The notes: generated from the letters alone by a model not told the origin. 32,000 nt of DNA from Actomonas aquatica (GCF_019679435.2 NZ_CP139781.1:3597753-3629752); one strand, 5' to 3'; positions 16,854-26,149 are shown, counted from the stretch's first letter. Made by a program: numbers and translations.

Positions 16854-16879
16854 CTTCGCGGCCCTTCGCGACCTTCGCG
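16854..16879. repeat. three direct CTTCGCG repeats at 10- and 9-nt spacing
   Basis: CTTCGCG at 16854-16860, 16864-16870 and 16873-16879. Lies just downstream of the tsaA stop (16903) and upstream of the FUSC gene start. Adjacent copies can form alternative TCGCG/CGCGA stems. Confidence 0.6.
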
Positions 16880-16902
16880 GTTTACCTTCCATATCGTGCC
16901 GG

Positions 16903-17586
16903 CTAAGCCGTCTCCACCGCCTCCGCTGCGAAGACTTCGATGCCGTTGTCGGGCGTCGGGTGCCAGCGCAGGTTCCAGCCGGCCAGGGTCACGCCGTAGG
17001 TGCGCTCGGTGGCCGCAGGACCTTTTTGATAAGCCGGCTGCAGGTCCAGCGTGAGCACCTGGCGCGCGAGCGTCGCCACCGCGGCCGGCAAGACCGCCGC
17101 CACGTCTTCACTCAAACGCACCGCGTCCGGCGTGCGCACGTTGGGCGCCGAGCCCGCCCAGTCCGCACGGGCTTCGGGTTTGGCTTCGCACCAGGGCAGG
17201 TAGGGTTTGATGTCGTAAACGGGCGTGCCGTCCACGCAGTCAATGCCCCCCACCCGCAGCGCGCCGGGCTCGATCGCGCGCAGCTCGACCAAGGACAGGC
17301 CGAGCCCGTTGGGCCGCAACGGTGCCCGCGACGCGAACACCCCCACGCGCTCATTGCCACCCAAGCGCGGCGGCCGCACCGTCGCAGCGCCATCCCAAGC
17401 CGGGTTTTTGTGAAAACCGGTGATGAGCCACACGTGCGAAAACGCCTCCAACCCGCGCACAAAATCAGGCGAGGCAAAGGCGGGCAAAAACTCCACCCGC
17501 CCTTCCGCCGCGCCGATGATGCCCGACTGCCGCGGCACGCCAAACTTCTCGGCAAAGGGCGTGCGTAAGTGAGCAACAGGCGTCAT
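16903..17586 (-). CDS. tsaA: tRNA (N6-threonylcarbamoyladenosine(37)-N6)-methyltransferase TsaA/TrmO (YaeB family)
   Basis: 227-aa ORF. RTPFAEKFGVPRQSG, FSHVWLITGFH, RPPRLGGNERVGVFASRAPLRPNGLGLSLVEL and VDGTPVYDIKPY are YaeB/TsaA hallmarks. Confidence 0.85.
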   Translation of the reverse strand: MTPVAHLRTPFAEKFGVPRQSGIIGAAEGRVEFLPAFASPDFVRGLEAFSHVWLITGFHKNPAWDGAATVRPPRLGGNERVGVFASRAPLRPNGLGLSLVELRAIEPGALRVGGIDCVDGTPVYDIKPYLPWCEAKPEARADWAGSAPNVRTPDAVRLSEDVAAVLPAAVATLARQVLTLDLQPAYQKGPAATERTYGVTLAGWNLRWHPTPDNGIEVFAAEAVETA

Positions 17587-17606
17587 GGCGGCGGAGCTAC
17601 CTGACC

Positions 17607-19187
17607 TCAGGGTTGGTATTCGACTACACGACCATCCGGCAGCGTGACCGACAAGACCTCGCCCTGACGCAGCACCATCGTGCTGTAGTCTTCACCGGCA
17701 ACCGATTGCAGTTCGCGAATGTAGCGGTCGGGCCCCACCAAATCCGCCACGGTGCATTCACTCTCCCCGGTCTCGAGGAAGTGCATGTCCGCCGCCGCTC
17801 CGAGTTGGCGCAGGTTGTTGAGCACCGCCTTTTCCTGCGAGGTGGAGCGCACCTTCTGGAACGCCGGAATCGCCATCGAAGCCATGAGGCCAATCGTCAC
17901 CGGATTGTAGATCGAAGCCGTCACCAGAGTGCGCTTGTGCGAGAACGGCATCTGCGAGACCCAGAGAATACCCTCGGGCAGATTCTCGCGCAGACCGATC
18001 AAGGGCTCGTCGAAAGTCGGAACCATTTCCAACACCGCCGAGAGCGCCTGCGGATCCGGCACCGAAGCCATCGTGCCCTCCAGAAAACGCGTCCAGAGCT
18101 CCGTCACTTCGGGAGACACCCAGACGATGCCATTGGCCTTGCCATCAAACGGCGCCAACGCCGCCTGCAAGGCCGGCGCATCTGCCAGCCGACCGGACGT
18201 CAGGCTCAGGCAACGCTGCAGGTAAGCCTTGTCGCTGGTGAGGTAGAGGTGCTTGCCGTCACTCGCCAACACCGGCGCGAAGTCCGACCACGGCGGCGGC
18301 AGCGCGGCCTTCCACTCCACCATCGTCATGCCGTTGTTTTCGGTGAAGCTCACCATCGGCAGCGCCGCCCAATCGACCAACTCGGCGTTAAGCAGACGCC
18401 CCATGTTTTCATAACGCAGCACCAACTCCGGCCGCGGAATCGCCACCTGCGGATCGAGCTGCAACATGCGCGTCTGATCCATCGAGCCAAAAAAGGTCAT
18501 CTCCCCATGGAGATGCTCGATCAGCTCCAACGCCGAGACCTGCAGCGGCGGCGCCTTTTGGCTCAGTGCCGTCTCCATCGCCGTCACCGCATCCGGTCCG
18601 GCGACCCGCTCCACGATGTTCTTAATGGTGCGATAAAGCTCCCGACCATCAAAGGTGCCGGTGGAAAACAAAACGACGTCGTCGGGCGCGATCTTGGTGG
18701 CCGAAAGCACCTCCGGCTCACTGCCCCACATCGCCGCCAGCCCGACGCGCGGCCCGCCGAAATGCAGGTAGGCGCGATTCTCAAAACGCTCCTCGCCCGT
18801 CACCACGGAACTCATGCCCAGCGCCTTAGCGTCACTCAGCCCCATCAACTCGGCCAGCATCGCGTAGTCCTGCCGCAACATCATCGCCTGCGGCGGCGTG
18901 CCCTCGATCGGCATGGAGCCATACAGCTGCGTGAGCATGTCAGCGGCATCCGCCACATCGCCTTCAAAATCGGCGTAGAGATAAAACTCCCCGCCCAAGT
19001 CGAGGTGTGGGTTGACCGCATCAAAATGCGGCGAGCGCTGGCGACCGGTCACCGTGGTCGCGGACGCTTCAGCCGCCGAGGCGGCGTCGGTGGTTTCGGA
19101 CTGCGGAGTCTGCGCAGGAGCGTTGAGAGGGATGAGGCAGCACGCGGCCAGTGCGGCGCCCCTGACAACAACAGAGGTAAACGACAT
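17607..19187 (-). CDS. secreted hypothetical protein with C-terminal pilin/pseudopilin-like module
   Basis: 526-aa ORF. Signal peptide MSFTSVVVRGAALAACCLIPLNAPA. The last ~107 aa (VTIGLMASMAIPAFQKVRSTSQEKAVLNNLRQLGAAADMHFLE...VAGEDY...) resemble small type IV pilin-like proteins but lack the G/FTLxE cleavage motif. Confidence 0.75.
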   Translation of the reverse strand: MSFTSVVVRGAALAACCLIPLNAPAQTPQSETTDAASAAEASATTVTGRQRSPHFDAVNPHLDLGGEFYLYADFEGDVADAADMLTQLYGSMPIEGTPPQAMMLRQDYAMLAELMGLSDAKALGMSSVVTGEERFENRAYLHFGGPRVGLAAMWGSEPEVLSATKIAPDDVVLFSTGTFDGRELYRTIKNIVERVAGPDAVTAMETALSQKAPPLQVSALELIEHLHGEMTFFGSMDQTRMLQLDPQVAIPRPELVLRYENMGRLLNAELVDWAALPMVSFTENNGMTMVEWKAALPPPWSDFAPVLASDGKHLYLTSDKAYLQRCLSLTSGRLADAPALQAALAPFDGKANGIVWVSPEVTELWTRFLEGTMASVPDPQALSAVLEMVPTFDEPLIGLRENLPEGILWVSQMPFSHKRTLVTASIYNPVTIGLMASMAIPAFQKVRSTSQEKAVLNNLRQLGAAADMHFLETGESECTVADLVGPDRYIRELQSVAGEDYSTMVLRQGEVLSVTLPDGRVVEYQP

Positions 19188-19328
19188 ACGCCGCCCACTC
19201 AGCCAAGCCCGCCACCCGCTGGCAATACCCAGCCCACGCCAAAATTAACCTTCCCCGTCCCGACCAGCGACCTGCTTTCAGTTCCAGTCGCCACTCGGGC
19301 CCCTTCTCTCGACCGTCGCCCGTCGGAC

Positions 19329-20396
19329 TCAGTCCTGCACCAGCTCGAGCAACAGGCGACGGATCGCGGTATTGTCGTGGGCGCCCGCAAAACGTTCCGC
19401 TCCCGGACCGAAGGCAAAGAGCGGCACGGTCGCAGCCGTGTGTTTTTCGGTGGAGAAATGCGCCACGATCGCGCCATGCGCATCTTCCGGCAGCGTGAGG
19501 CCGCCACATTCATGGTCGGCCGTCACCACCACAAGGGTCTCTCCATCCGCCTGCGCAAAAGCTAGGGCCACCGCGACGGCCGCGTCCAACGCGCTCACGC
19601 TGTCGGCCAGCAACTCGAAGTCGTTTTCGTGGCTCCAGCTGTCGATCCAATCGTTCTCCAGCAACAGCATGAACGGACGTTTCCGCGCCGCCAGTCGTCC
19701 GAGGGCAAAATCCGTCGCCTCCGCCAGGGTCGGCGCCGCGAGTCCTGCCACATTCATGCGTTGCTCCAGCGACGCCGCTTCGTCGATCATGGCGGTGTAT
19801 CCAATTAATACCGACGCCGCCCCCCCCGGCAGATCGAGCGCCGCCAGGGGCCGGTCCTGCCGCACTTCCACGCCGGCCGCGGTGGCTCCGTCCAACGGAA
19901 ACTCGGCCGTGGTGCCGACCATCACGTCGGGCGCGAGGGCGAGCATCTGTGCGGCGATGGCCGCCTTTGCATCACGACTGTCGACATGCGCGGTGAACGC
20001 ACCGGCAGTCGCACCGTTCAGATCACCATCGGTCACGATGCCCAGACTCCAGCCGCGGGCCCGCAGCGTCTCAAACAAGGTCGGCACCGCCCGGCCATCC
20101 GACAGCGTGCCGACACGACCGTTGCTCGTTTTGAAGCCGGTGGACATGGCGGTGGCCGACGCCGCCGAATCGGTGATGCGATGCGACCCCGCTGCCGCCG
20201 TGCTCAGGTGTCCGCCCACCGGCAGTCGCTCCATGACCAGCGGTGTCTCCACGTCTCCCTGCCGCAGGCGACCCGCGACGAGATGGTCCCACCCCATGCC
20301 ATCGCCTATCACGAGGATGAGGTTGCGGGGAGAGGCCGCCGTGGCAACGGAACAGCACAGCAGGAAGGCAAAGCACAGGGAGAGCGACGGGCGCAT
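19329..20396 (-). CDS. alkaline phosphatase (PhoA family), secreted
   Basis: 355-aa ORF with a signal peptide. LVIGDGMG, active-site ITDSAASATAMSTG, DSWSHEND and VTADHECG are metal- and Ser-ligand motifs of the alkaline phosphatase family. Confidence 0.85.
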   Translation of the reverse strand: MRPSLSLCFAFLLCCSVATAASPRNLILVIGDGMGWDHLVAGRLRQGDVETPLVMERLPVGGHLSTAAAGSHRITDSAASATAMSTGFKTSNGRVGTLSDGRAVPTLFETLRARGWSLGIVTDGDLNGATAGAFTAHVDSRDAKAAIAAQMLALAPDVMVGTTAEFPLDGATAAGVEVRQDRPLAALDLPGGAASVLIGYTAMIDEAASLEQRMNVAGLAAPTLAEATDFALGRLAARKRPFMLLLENDWIDSWSHENDFELLADSVSALDAAVAVALAFAQADGETLVVVTADHECGGLTLPEDAHGAIVAHFSTEKHTAATVPLFAFGPGAERFAGAHDNTAIRRLLLELVQD

Positions 20397-20436
20397 GGGC
20401 GGACGAGGGTCAGTTGTCGTTTATTTTTGAATACAG

Positions 20437-20465
20437 TGGCCGGCGCCGCCCAGGACGACGCCGGC
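20437..20465 (-). terminator. GC-rich stem-loop after TonB-dependent receptor gene
   Basis: GGCCGGCG (20437-20444) and CGCCGGCC (20458-20465) form an 8-bp perfect stem with a 13-nt loop, 14 nt past the receptor stop. There is no clean U-tract on the minus strand, so the terminator role is tentative. Confidence 0.35.
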
Positions 20466-20478
20466 CGAAGGGCGAAGC

Positions 20479-23385
20479 TCAGAACGACCAGGACGTGCCG
20501 AAGCGCACGGTGCGGCCATTCCAGGAGTTCTCATTAAGGAAGCGGCGCGAGTCGCCGCGCGTGAGGGTGCGGATCGGCGAATCGCCGCTGTCGAGCAGGT
20601 CCTGCACTTTGACGGAGAAGGTCACCTGGTTCCAGGTGTAGGCGAGCTGCAGATCGAGGCTCTCGTAGGGCTGCGCGTAGATGTTGATGCCATCCATGAG
20701 CTCGTCGAGGTAACCGTCGCGGAAGGAGTAGGACAGCGAGCAGTCCCAGCCGGAACGGTCGTAGGTGAGCGCGACCGTGCCCACGTAGTCGGGGGCGTTG
20801 AAGAACGGCACATCGGTGAGGTTGGCGTCGTCGAGACCGGTGTCGGCTTCGCTGTCCTGCAGGGTAAGGTTGCCGTAGAAACCGAGGCCCGACATCACGC
20901 CCGGCAGCGACGTGAAGCGCGTCACGTAGTTGAACTCGATACCGTGGATCTTGGCGGTGTTGCCATTGACCGGTTGCTCGAAGGTGGCGGGCGAACCGAG
21001 GAATTGACCGTCGTATTCGTTCTCCGGCGCGGCGTCGTTGAAGATGAAGCCGTCGATCGACTTGAAGAAGCCGTTCACGCTCACAAGCCCGATGCCATCG
21101 AGGTAATACTCGACGCCCAGATCGAAGTTCCAGGCATAGGCGGCTTCGAGGTCGGGGTTGCCCAGCGAGACTTCATATTCCCCGCCGTCGCGCTCCGCCT
21201 CGGTCGCGCCGGAGATGAACTGAAACTCCGGCCGCGCCAGCGAGGTGAAGGCCGCTGCGCGATACACCAGACGATCGGACGCCCGGTAATTCACCTGCAG
21301 GCGCGGCAGGACTTCGGTGTAGGTCGAACGCGAGCTGAGCGGCGCGAGCAGGTAGTTTTCCTCCTCGTAGGGGTTCCAGCCCGGCTGGTCCTCACCGTAA
21401 GCCGGATCGTCTTCATCGACGATGACGACGAGCTCCTGGTTGTGGGTCTCAACCTCGGTGTATTCGACGCGCGCCCCGCCAACGATCTCCCAGCGACCGA
21501 GGTTCCAGGTGCCCATGAGGTAGCCGGCGTAGATGTCTTCATTCGCCACGTAACTGTCCTCGTCGGGGATCGGATCCGTGGTGTCTTCGAACAGGTTGTT
21601 GCGGTTCACAAACAACTGGTCGAGCGCGCCGGCATCGTAGCCGAGAATAACGAGCGACTGACCGATGTCGCCGAAGCTGCTGTCGCCGCCCAACAGGCCG
21701 CTGGTCGCGAGCGAATCATGACGGGCTTCGTCGCTTTGGAAACGGTTGGCTTCATTGAGCTCGCGCTCGGAGAACTGGCCCTTCACGCCGGCCTGCAGCA
21801 CGAGCGTCTCGTTCACCGCCCAGGTGGCATCGAGCTTCACCGCCCACTTGGTGTCTTCGGATTGGTCGTAGTCCATGTCGACTTCGTCGAACTCGTAGTT
21901 GGCCGGATCGGCCAGCCGGGCGGCGTCGGCCGCGGTCATGATCGGTCGCGGAAAATTCGGATCCGACAAGTCCCAACCCAGTGCGTCTTCGAGCTCGGCC
22001 GCGTAGAACACTTCGAAGTCCCGCGGCTCTTCCTGCTGGCCGGTGGAATAGGCGGCGGAGTAGTCGAGTCGCACCGCGCCGAGGCGGGTCGTGCCGCCGG
22101 CGATGTAGTTGCTCAACTCCCACTCGGTTTGCTCGTATTCGCCGTAAGCCAGCACCGCGTTGTCGGTCGAGTAAGAGAGCGGCACCGCCGGATCCTGCAG
22201 CGCATCAAACTCGAAATCGTCCATCACGAAGTGGCGGCCGTTGTTGAGTTCGGTGTCGGTGAATTGGTTGAGGCTCGCCTTGAAATAGAGCTCGGTCGTC
22301 GGGCTGAGTTTCCACTCGAGTGCGGCGGAGAGTCCCCACTTCTCGCGGTTGTTGGCATAGGTGTTGTATTCCATCTCCTCGCCGGGATGCCATGCGGCGT
22401 TCTGCGTCGCGTTGTCTTCGTCGACCGGAATCCACTCCTCGTCATTGCCTACCACAAAACCGGCGGTGTCCCGGTCTTCCATGGTGAAGGACACCAGCAG
22501 GCCAAACTGATCCTCCGCGCCAAACACGTCGGCAAAGGTGCCCCCAGCCAGGTAACCGAGTTCACCGGCAAAGTCCTGATAGATGCCCTCCAACGTGAGG
22601 CTGCGCACGGGCCGACCGAGCTCGAAGGCGGTGGCGGTCGCCATCTCCACCGCACCGCCGATGCCGTCGCCGTCGAGATCGGGCGTGAGCGACTTGTAGA
22701 CGGTGATCTTGCTCAGCGCGCCAGTGTGAATCGTATCGAGCGGGACCCGCCGATTCTCCTCGTCCGACTGCGCCACCCGCATGCCATTGATGCTGAAAGC
22801 ATTCAGCCCCGAATCGAGTCCACGGATCGACACATACCGGCCGTCGCCGGCCTTCTCTTCGCGCTCAATCGAAACGCCCGGAATGCGCCGCATGGCCTCC
22901 GCCGCATTGGCATCCGGAAAACGCCCGGCTTGGTCGGCCGAGATCACGTTGCTGATGGCGCTGGATTCACGCTGCTGGTTGAGCGCCGCCACCTGCGCCC
23001 CGGTGGAGCCACTCACCATCACCGCATCGAGCCACAGGGCTTCGCGCTCCAGCGCAAACTCCGCGCTCGCGCCTGCTCCCGGCACGACCGTGACCGTGCG
23101 CTGCAGGGTCTCGAGCCCGAGATAGCTGATCGTCACCGGCACCGAACCGGGGACGATGTTGGCAAACTGGAAACGCCCCTGCGCATCCGTGCGCGTGCGC
23201 TGCTCGGTGCCAGGAAGCGTGACGGCCGCCGCCTCCAACGGCGCCAGGGTGGCGGCGTCGACCACGCGACCGCTCAGGGTCTCGGCGGGGAGCGCGACGG
23301 GTCCAAGGACAAAGGTCCCCAGACAGCACAACAGCTGAAAAGGACGAAGGGCGATCTTCCGCGACGGGAAGCTCAGGGTCTTCAT
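20479..23385 (-). CDS. TonB-dependent outer-membrane receptor with carboxypeptidase-regulatory-like N-domain
   Basis: 968-aa ORF with a signal peptide. CarboxypepD_reg-like LSGRVVDAATLAPLEAAAVTLPG...DAQGRFQFANIVPG. Plug region AEAMRRIPGVSIE...RYVSIRGL. Long beta-barrel ending in an aromatic residue (...RFGTSWSF). Confidence 0.9.
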   Translation of the reverse strand: MKTLSFPSRKIALRPFQLLCCLGTFVLGPVALPAETLSGRVVDAATLAPLEAAAVTLPGTEQRTRTDAQGRFQFANIVPGSVPVTISYLGLETLQRTVTVVPGAGASAEFALEREALWLDAVMVSGSTGAQVAALNQQRESSAISNVISADQAGRFPDANAAEAMRRIPGVSIEREEKAGDGRYVSIRGLDSGLNAFSINGMRVAQSDEENRRVPLDTIHTGALSKITVYKSLTPDLDGDGIGGAVEMATATAFELGRPVRSLTLEGIYQDFAGELGYLAGGTFADVFGAEDQFGLLVSFTMEDRDTAGFVVGNDEEWIPVDEDNATQNAAWHPGEEMEYNTYANNREKWGLSAALEWKLSPTTELYFKASLNQFTDTELNNGRHFVMDDFEFDALQDPAVPLSYSTDNAVLAYGEYEQTEWELSNYIAGGTTRLGAVRLDYSAAYSTGQQEEPRDFEVFYAAELEDALGWDLSDPNFPRPIMTAADAARLADPANYEFDEVDMDYDQSEDTKWAVKLDATWAVNETLVLQAGVKGQFSERELNEANRFQSDEARHDSLATSGLLGGDSSFGDIGQSLVILGYDAGALDQLFVNRNNLFEDTTDPIPDEDSYVANEDIYAGYLMGTWNLGRWEIVGGARVEYTEVETHNQELVVIVDEDDPAYGEDQPGWNPYEEENYLLAPLSSRSTYTEVLPRLQVNYRASDRLVYRAAAFTSLARPEFQFISGATEAERDGGEYEVSLGNPDLEAAYAWNFDLGVEYYLDGIGLVSVNGFFKSIDGFIFNDAAPENEYDGQFLGSPATFEQPVNGNTAKIHGIEFNYVTRFTSLPGVMSGLGFYGNLTLQDSEADTGLDDANLTDVPFFNAPDYVGTVALTYDRSGWDCSLSYSFRDGYLDELMDGINIYAQPYESLDLQLAYTWNQVTFSVKVQDLLDSGDSPIRTLTRGDSRRFLNENSWNGRTVRFGTSWSF

Positions 23386-23738
23386 GATGGGTGGGTGTAG
23401 GTTGTATTTAGGTTTTCCCTACGCTCCCTTGGGCAGAAATCGTAGGGACGGACATGTCTCCCCCGCCGGAGCGAGGGCACACTTGAACGATCCCCGAACT
23501 TCTAAGCCCTGGTCTGGCGACGGCGCCCAGGTAGCGCACGCTCCAGAAGTTGCCGGTAAATTCGGATGAGGCCCCCACGCTACGGCGCCCAGACGGCAAA
23601 CGTGCGGCAACCTCGTCACGGTTGCGTAACGCTAATTTTCAGAAAAATCCCCATCCAGCGGCCGCCGCTGGCCGACATAAAAACGCGTTTCACCGCTCCC
23701 GTCTTGCACTGGACGCGAGTCCGTCGACCCTCCGCTCC

Positions 23739-24941
23739 ATGTCATATCAACCGTCCGCCGCCCTGCTCGATAAATACGCCGATGTGCTCATCAATTTCGC
23801 CCTCAACAGTGGCGAAGGCGTGAAGCCCGGCGAGGTGGTCCAACTCCGCGTCCCGGAAGTCGCCAAACCCCTGCTCGTCGCCCTGCGCGACGCCGTGCTC
23901 AAAGCCGGCGCCCACCCGCTGATCTTCTTCACCCCCGACGACATTTCGCGCGGGTTCTTCGAGCTCGCCAGCGAGGAACAGCTCAGCTTCTTCGCCGAGA
24001 AATTCTACCGCGGCACCGTCGACCAAATCGACCACACCGTCGCCATCCTCGCCGAGACCGACAAGCAGGAGCTCACCGGCATTCCGTCCAAAAAAATCAT
24101 GGCCTTCCAGAAGGCGATGAAGCCCTACATGGACTGGCGCCGCACCAAGGAAAACGCCGGCAACTACACCTGGACCCTCGCCATGTATGGCACCCAGGCC
24201 ATGGCCGACGAAGTGGGCATGAGCCTCGAAGAGTATTGGCAGGAAATCATCCAAGCCTGCTACCTGGATGAGGATAAACCGGCCGAGAAGTGGGCCGCGC
24301 TCTACACCGAACTCTACGCCTACAAGGACAAGCTCGATGCGCTGCCGATCGAAAAACTCCACGTCGAAGCCGAGAACACCGACATCTGGGTGCAGATCGG
24401 CGAGAACCGCAAATGGCTCGGCGGCTCCGGTCGCAACATCCCCAGCTTCGAGCTCTTCATCTCGCCCGACTGGCGCGGCACCGACGGTAACATCCAGTTC
24501 ACCGAACCGCTTTACCGCTACGGTTCGCTCATCGAAGGCGCGTATTTGGAATTTAAGGACGGCTGCGTCACCAAGGCCACTGCCACCAAGGGCGAAGACC
24601 TGCTGCGCGAGATGGTCGCCGTCGAAAACGCCGACAAGATCGGCGAGTTCTCCCTCACCGATCGCCGCTTCTCCCGCATCACCAAGTTCATGGGCGAGAC
24701 CCTCTTCGACGAGAACGTGGGCGGTCAGTGGGGCAACACCCACCTCGCCGTCGGCAGCGCCTATCGCGACTCCTTCACCGGCGATCCCGCCACCGTGAGC
24801 GAGGAGCAATGGGCCGAGATGGGCTACAACAACTCCGTGGTCCACACCGACATCGTCGCGACCTCCAACCGCACGGTCACTGCCCACCTCAAGGACGGCA
24901 CCACCCAGGTCATCTACCGCGACGGCCAGTTCACGATCTAA
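23739..24941 (+). CDS. M29 family aminopeptidase (AmpS/aminopeptidase T-like)
   Basis: ORF 23550..24941 trimmed to the ATG at 23739 (MSYQPSAALLDKYADVLINFALN...). The C-terminal GETLFDENVGGQWGNTHLAVGSAY...NNSVVHTDIV matches the conserved M29 metal-binding region. Confidence 0.85.
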   Translation: MSYQPSAALLDKYADVLINFALNSGEGVKPGEVVQLRVPEVAKPLLVALRDAVLKAGAHPLIFFTPDDISRGFFELASEEQLSFFAEKFYRGTVDQIDHTVAILAETDKQELTGIPSKKIMAFQKAMKPYMDWRRTKENAGNYTWTLAMYGTQAMADEVGMSLEEYWQEIIQACYLDEDKPAEKWAALYTELYAYKDKLDALPIEKLHVEAENTDIWVQIGENRKWLGGSGRNIPSFELFISPDWRGTDGNIQFTEPLYRYGSLIEGAYLEFKDGCVTKATATKGEDLLREMVAVENADKIGEFSLTDRRFSRITKFMGETLFDENVGGQWGNTHLAVGSAYRDSFTGDPATVSEEQWAEMGYNNSVVHTDIVATSNRTVTAHLKDGTTQVIYRDGQFTI

Positions 24942-25282
24942 GCGGCGACCAGCGCAGTCGCTCGCATCCGCCCCGCGGCTCGCCGCAGCGCGAGTAAACT
25001 CGCGGCCTACATGCCGGATTCGATCACTCAATGTAGGCTGCGAGCCCTGGTCGCCTTCGGCGCCGCCAAAGGCGGGTAAACTTGCTCGCGCTGAGCTGCC
25101 TCTCCGCCATCCTCCGCGAGAGACCGCCGACATCCCGTCGACCTCGTTCATCGAACGCGGGCGACACGCCCGCGGCTACATCCCGATCAAAGTGTAGCAG
25201 CGGCCGTCTCGGCCGCTCCCACTTGCCCCACGGCCCGGGATCTCCGACGCCTGTCCCGCTAACGCGACGCCCTCCGTCGGCT

Positions 25283-26149
25283 TCACCCACCCAGCCCCGG
25301 TGGCAGGTTCGCCAACAGCACCTCCACGCCGCGGGCGAAGGCGGTCGCCTGATCGCCCGCCGGCGCCGTGAAGGTCGCTCCCGCCCGCACATGCGGACGC
25401 GCCTCCGGCATCGCCACCGAGCAACCCGCCCAGCCGAAAAGCGGCAGGTCGTTGTCGGCATCGCCAAACCCCACCACCGCCTCGGCACCGATGCCCAATT
25501 CCCGCGCGAGCCGCGCCACGCCGGTCGCCTTGGTGATCCCGTTGGGCATAAACTCAAACACCCGCTCGTGTGACCGCACCGTGTAAATCCCGTCCGCCAG
25601 ATCGAGCACCCCGCCTGCCTCGATCATCGCATCCAGCCGCTCCATCGGCGCGACCCACACCACCTTCAGCAGCGGGGTGTGTTTAAACGCCTCTTCGCCG
25701 ATGATCTTCACCTGCGTTTTGGAAATCGCTTCGTAGCCCGCCACGCCTTCCGTCGGCCACGGCGCCACTTCACCTTCGGCCGCATAAGCGACCACGCCAA
25801 AGCCCTGCGCCCGCCCCGCCTCGGCGATGCGCAGCGCCACCGCCTCCGGCAGCACCCATTGCTCCAACACCCGCTCGCGCGCCACGTCGGCCACTTCGCA
25901 GCCTTGGCAAGCGACCATCCACTGCACCATCGGCAGGTCGCGGGCGATCTCCGCCATGTTCGCCGGGTGCCGCCCCGAGGCCAACACGACCTCGAAGCCG
26001 CGCGCGACCAAGGTTTCCAGCGCCGTCCGGTTCTCCGCCGAAACCGTGGCGTGCGCTCCCAGCAAGGTGCCGTCCAGATCAATGGCGGCGAGGTATTTGG
26101 CAGGTGTGTTCGTTTTGATGCGCGCTCTATGCACGCATCCGCCGTCCAT
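25283..26149 (-). CDS. Cof-type HAD-IIB family phosphatase
   Basis: 288-aa ORF. Motif I AIDLDGTLL, motif II ASGR, motif IV FGDADNDLPLF. Confidence 0.85.
   Translation of the reverse strand: MDGGCVHRARIKTNTPAKYLAAIDLDGTLLGAHATVSAENRTALETLVARGFEVVLASGRHPANMAEIARDLPMVQWMVACQGCEVADVARERVLEQWVLPEAVALRIAEAGRAQGFGVVAYAAEGEVAPWPTEGVAGYEAISKTQVKIIGEEAFKHTPLLKVVWVAPMERLDAMIEAGGVLDLADGIYTVRSHERVFEFMPNGITKATGVARLARELGIGAEAVVGFGDADNDLPLFGWAGCSVAMPEARPHVRAGATFTAPAGDQATAFARGVEVLLANLPPGLGG

Noticed and set aside
17613-19565. 650-aa plus-strand ORF, the longest in this region
   Set aside because: Its Arg/His/Gln-rich translation has no recognisable domains. It is antisense to the minus-strand genes 17607..19187 and 19329..20396, which carry signal peptides and clear motifs.
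19820-19827. C8 run inside the alkaline phosphatase CDS as a frameshift or pseudogene signal
   Set aside because: The reading frame is intact across it (…LPGGAAS…) and all catalytic motifs on both sides are in frame.
20944-23400. 818-aa plus-strand ORF
   Set aside because: It is antisense to the TonB-dependent receptor gene, whose plug, barrel and terminal Phe are unambiguous. The plus-strand translation is Arg/Gly/Val-rich junk.
23550-23738. N-terminal extension of the M29 aminopeptidase ORF
   Set aside because: The extra 63 codons are Arg/Pro/Ala-rich and cover the structured intergenic leader. M29 enzymes are about 400 aa, and homology starts at MSYQPSAALLDKYA (23739).
23742-25151. 469-aa minus-strand ORF
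   Set aside because: Shadow ORF antisense to the M29 aminopeptidase, with Gly/Ala/Val/Glu-rich translation.
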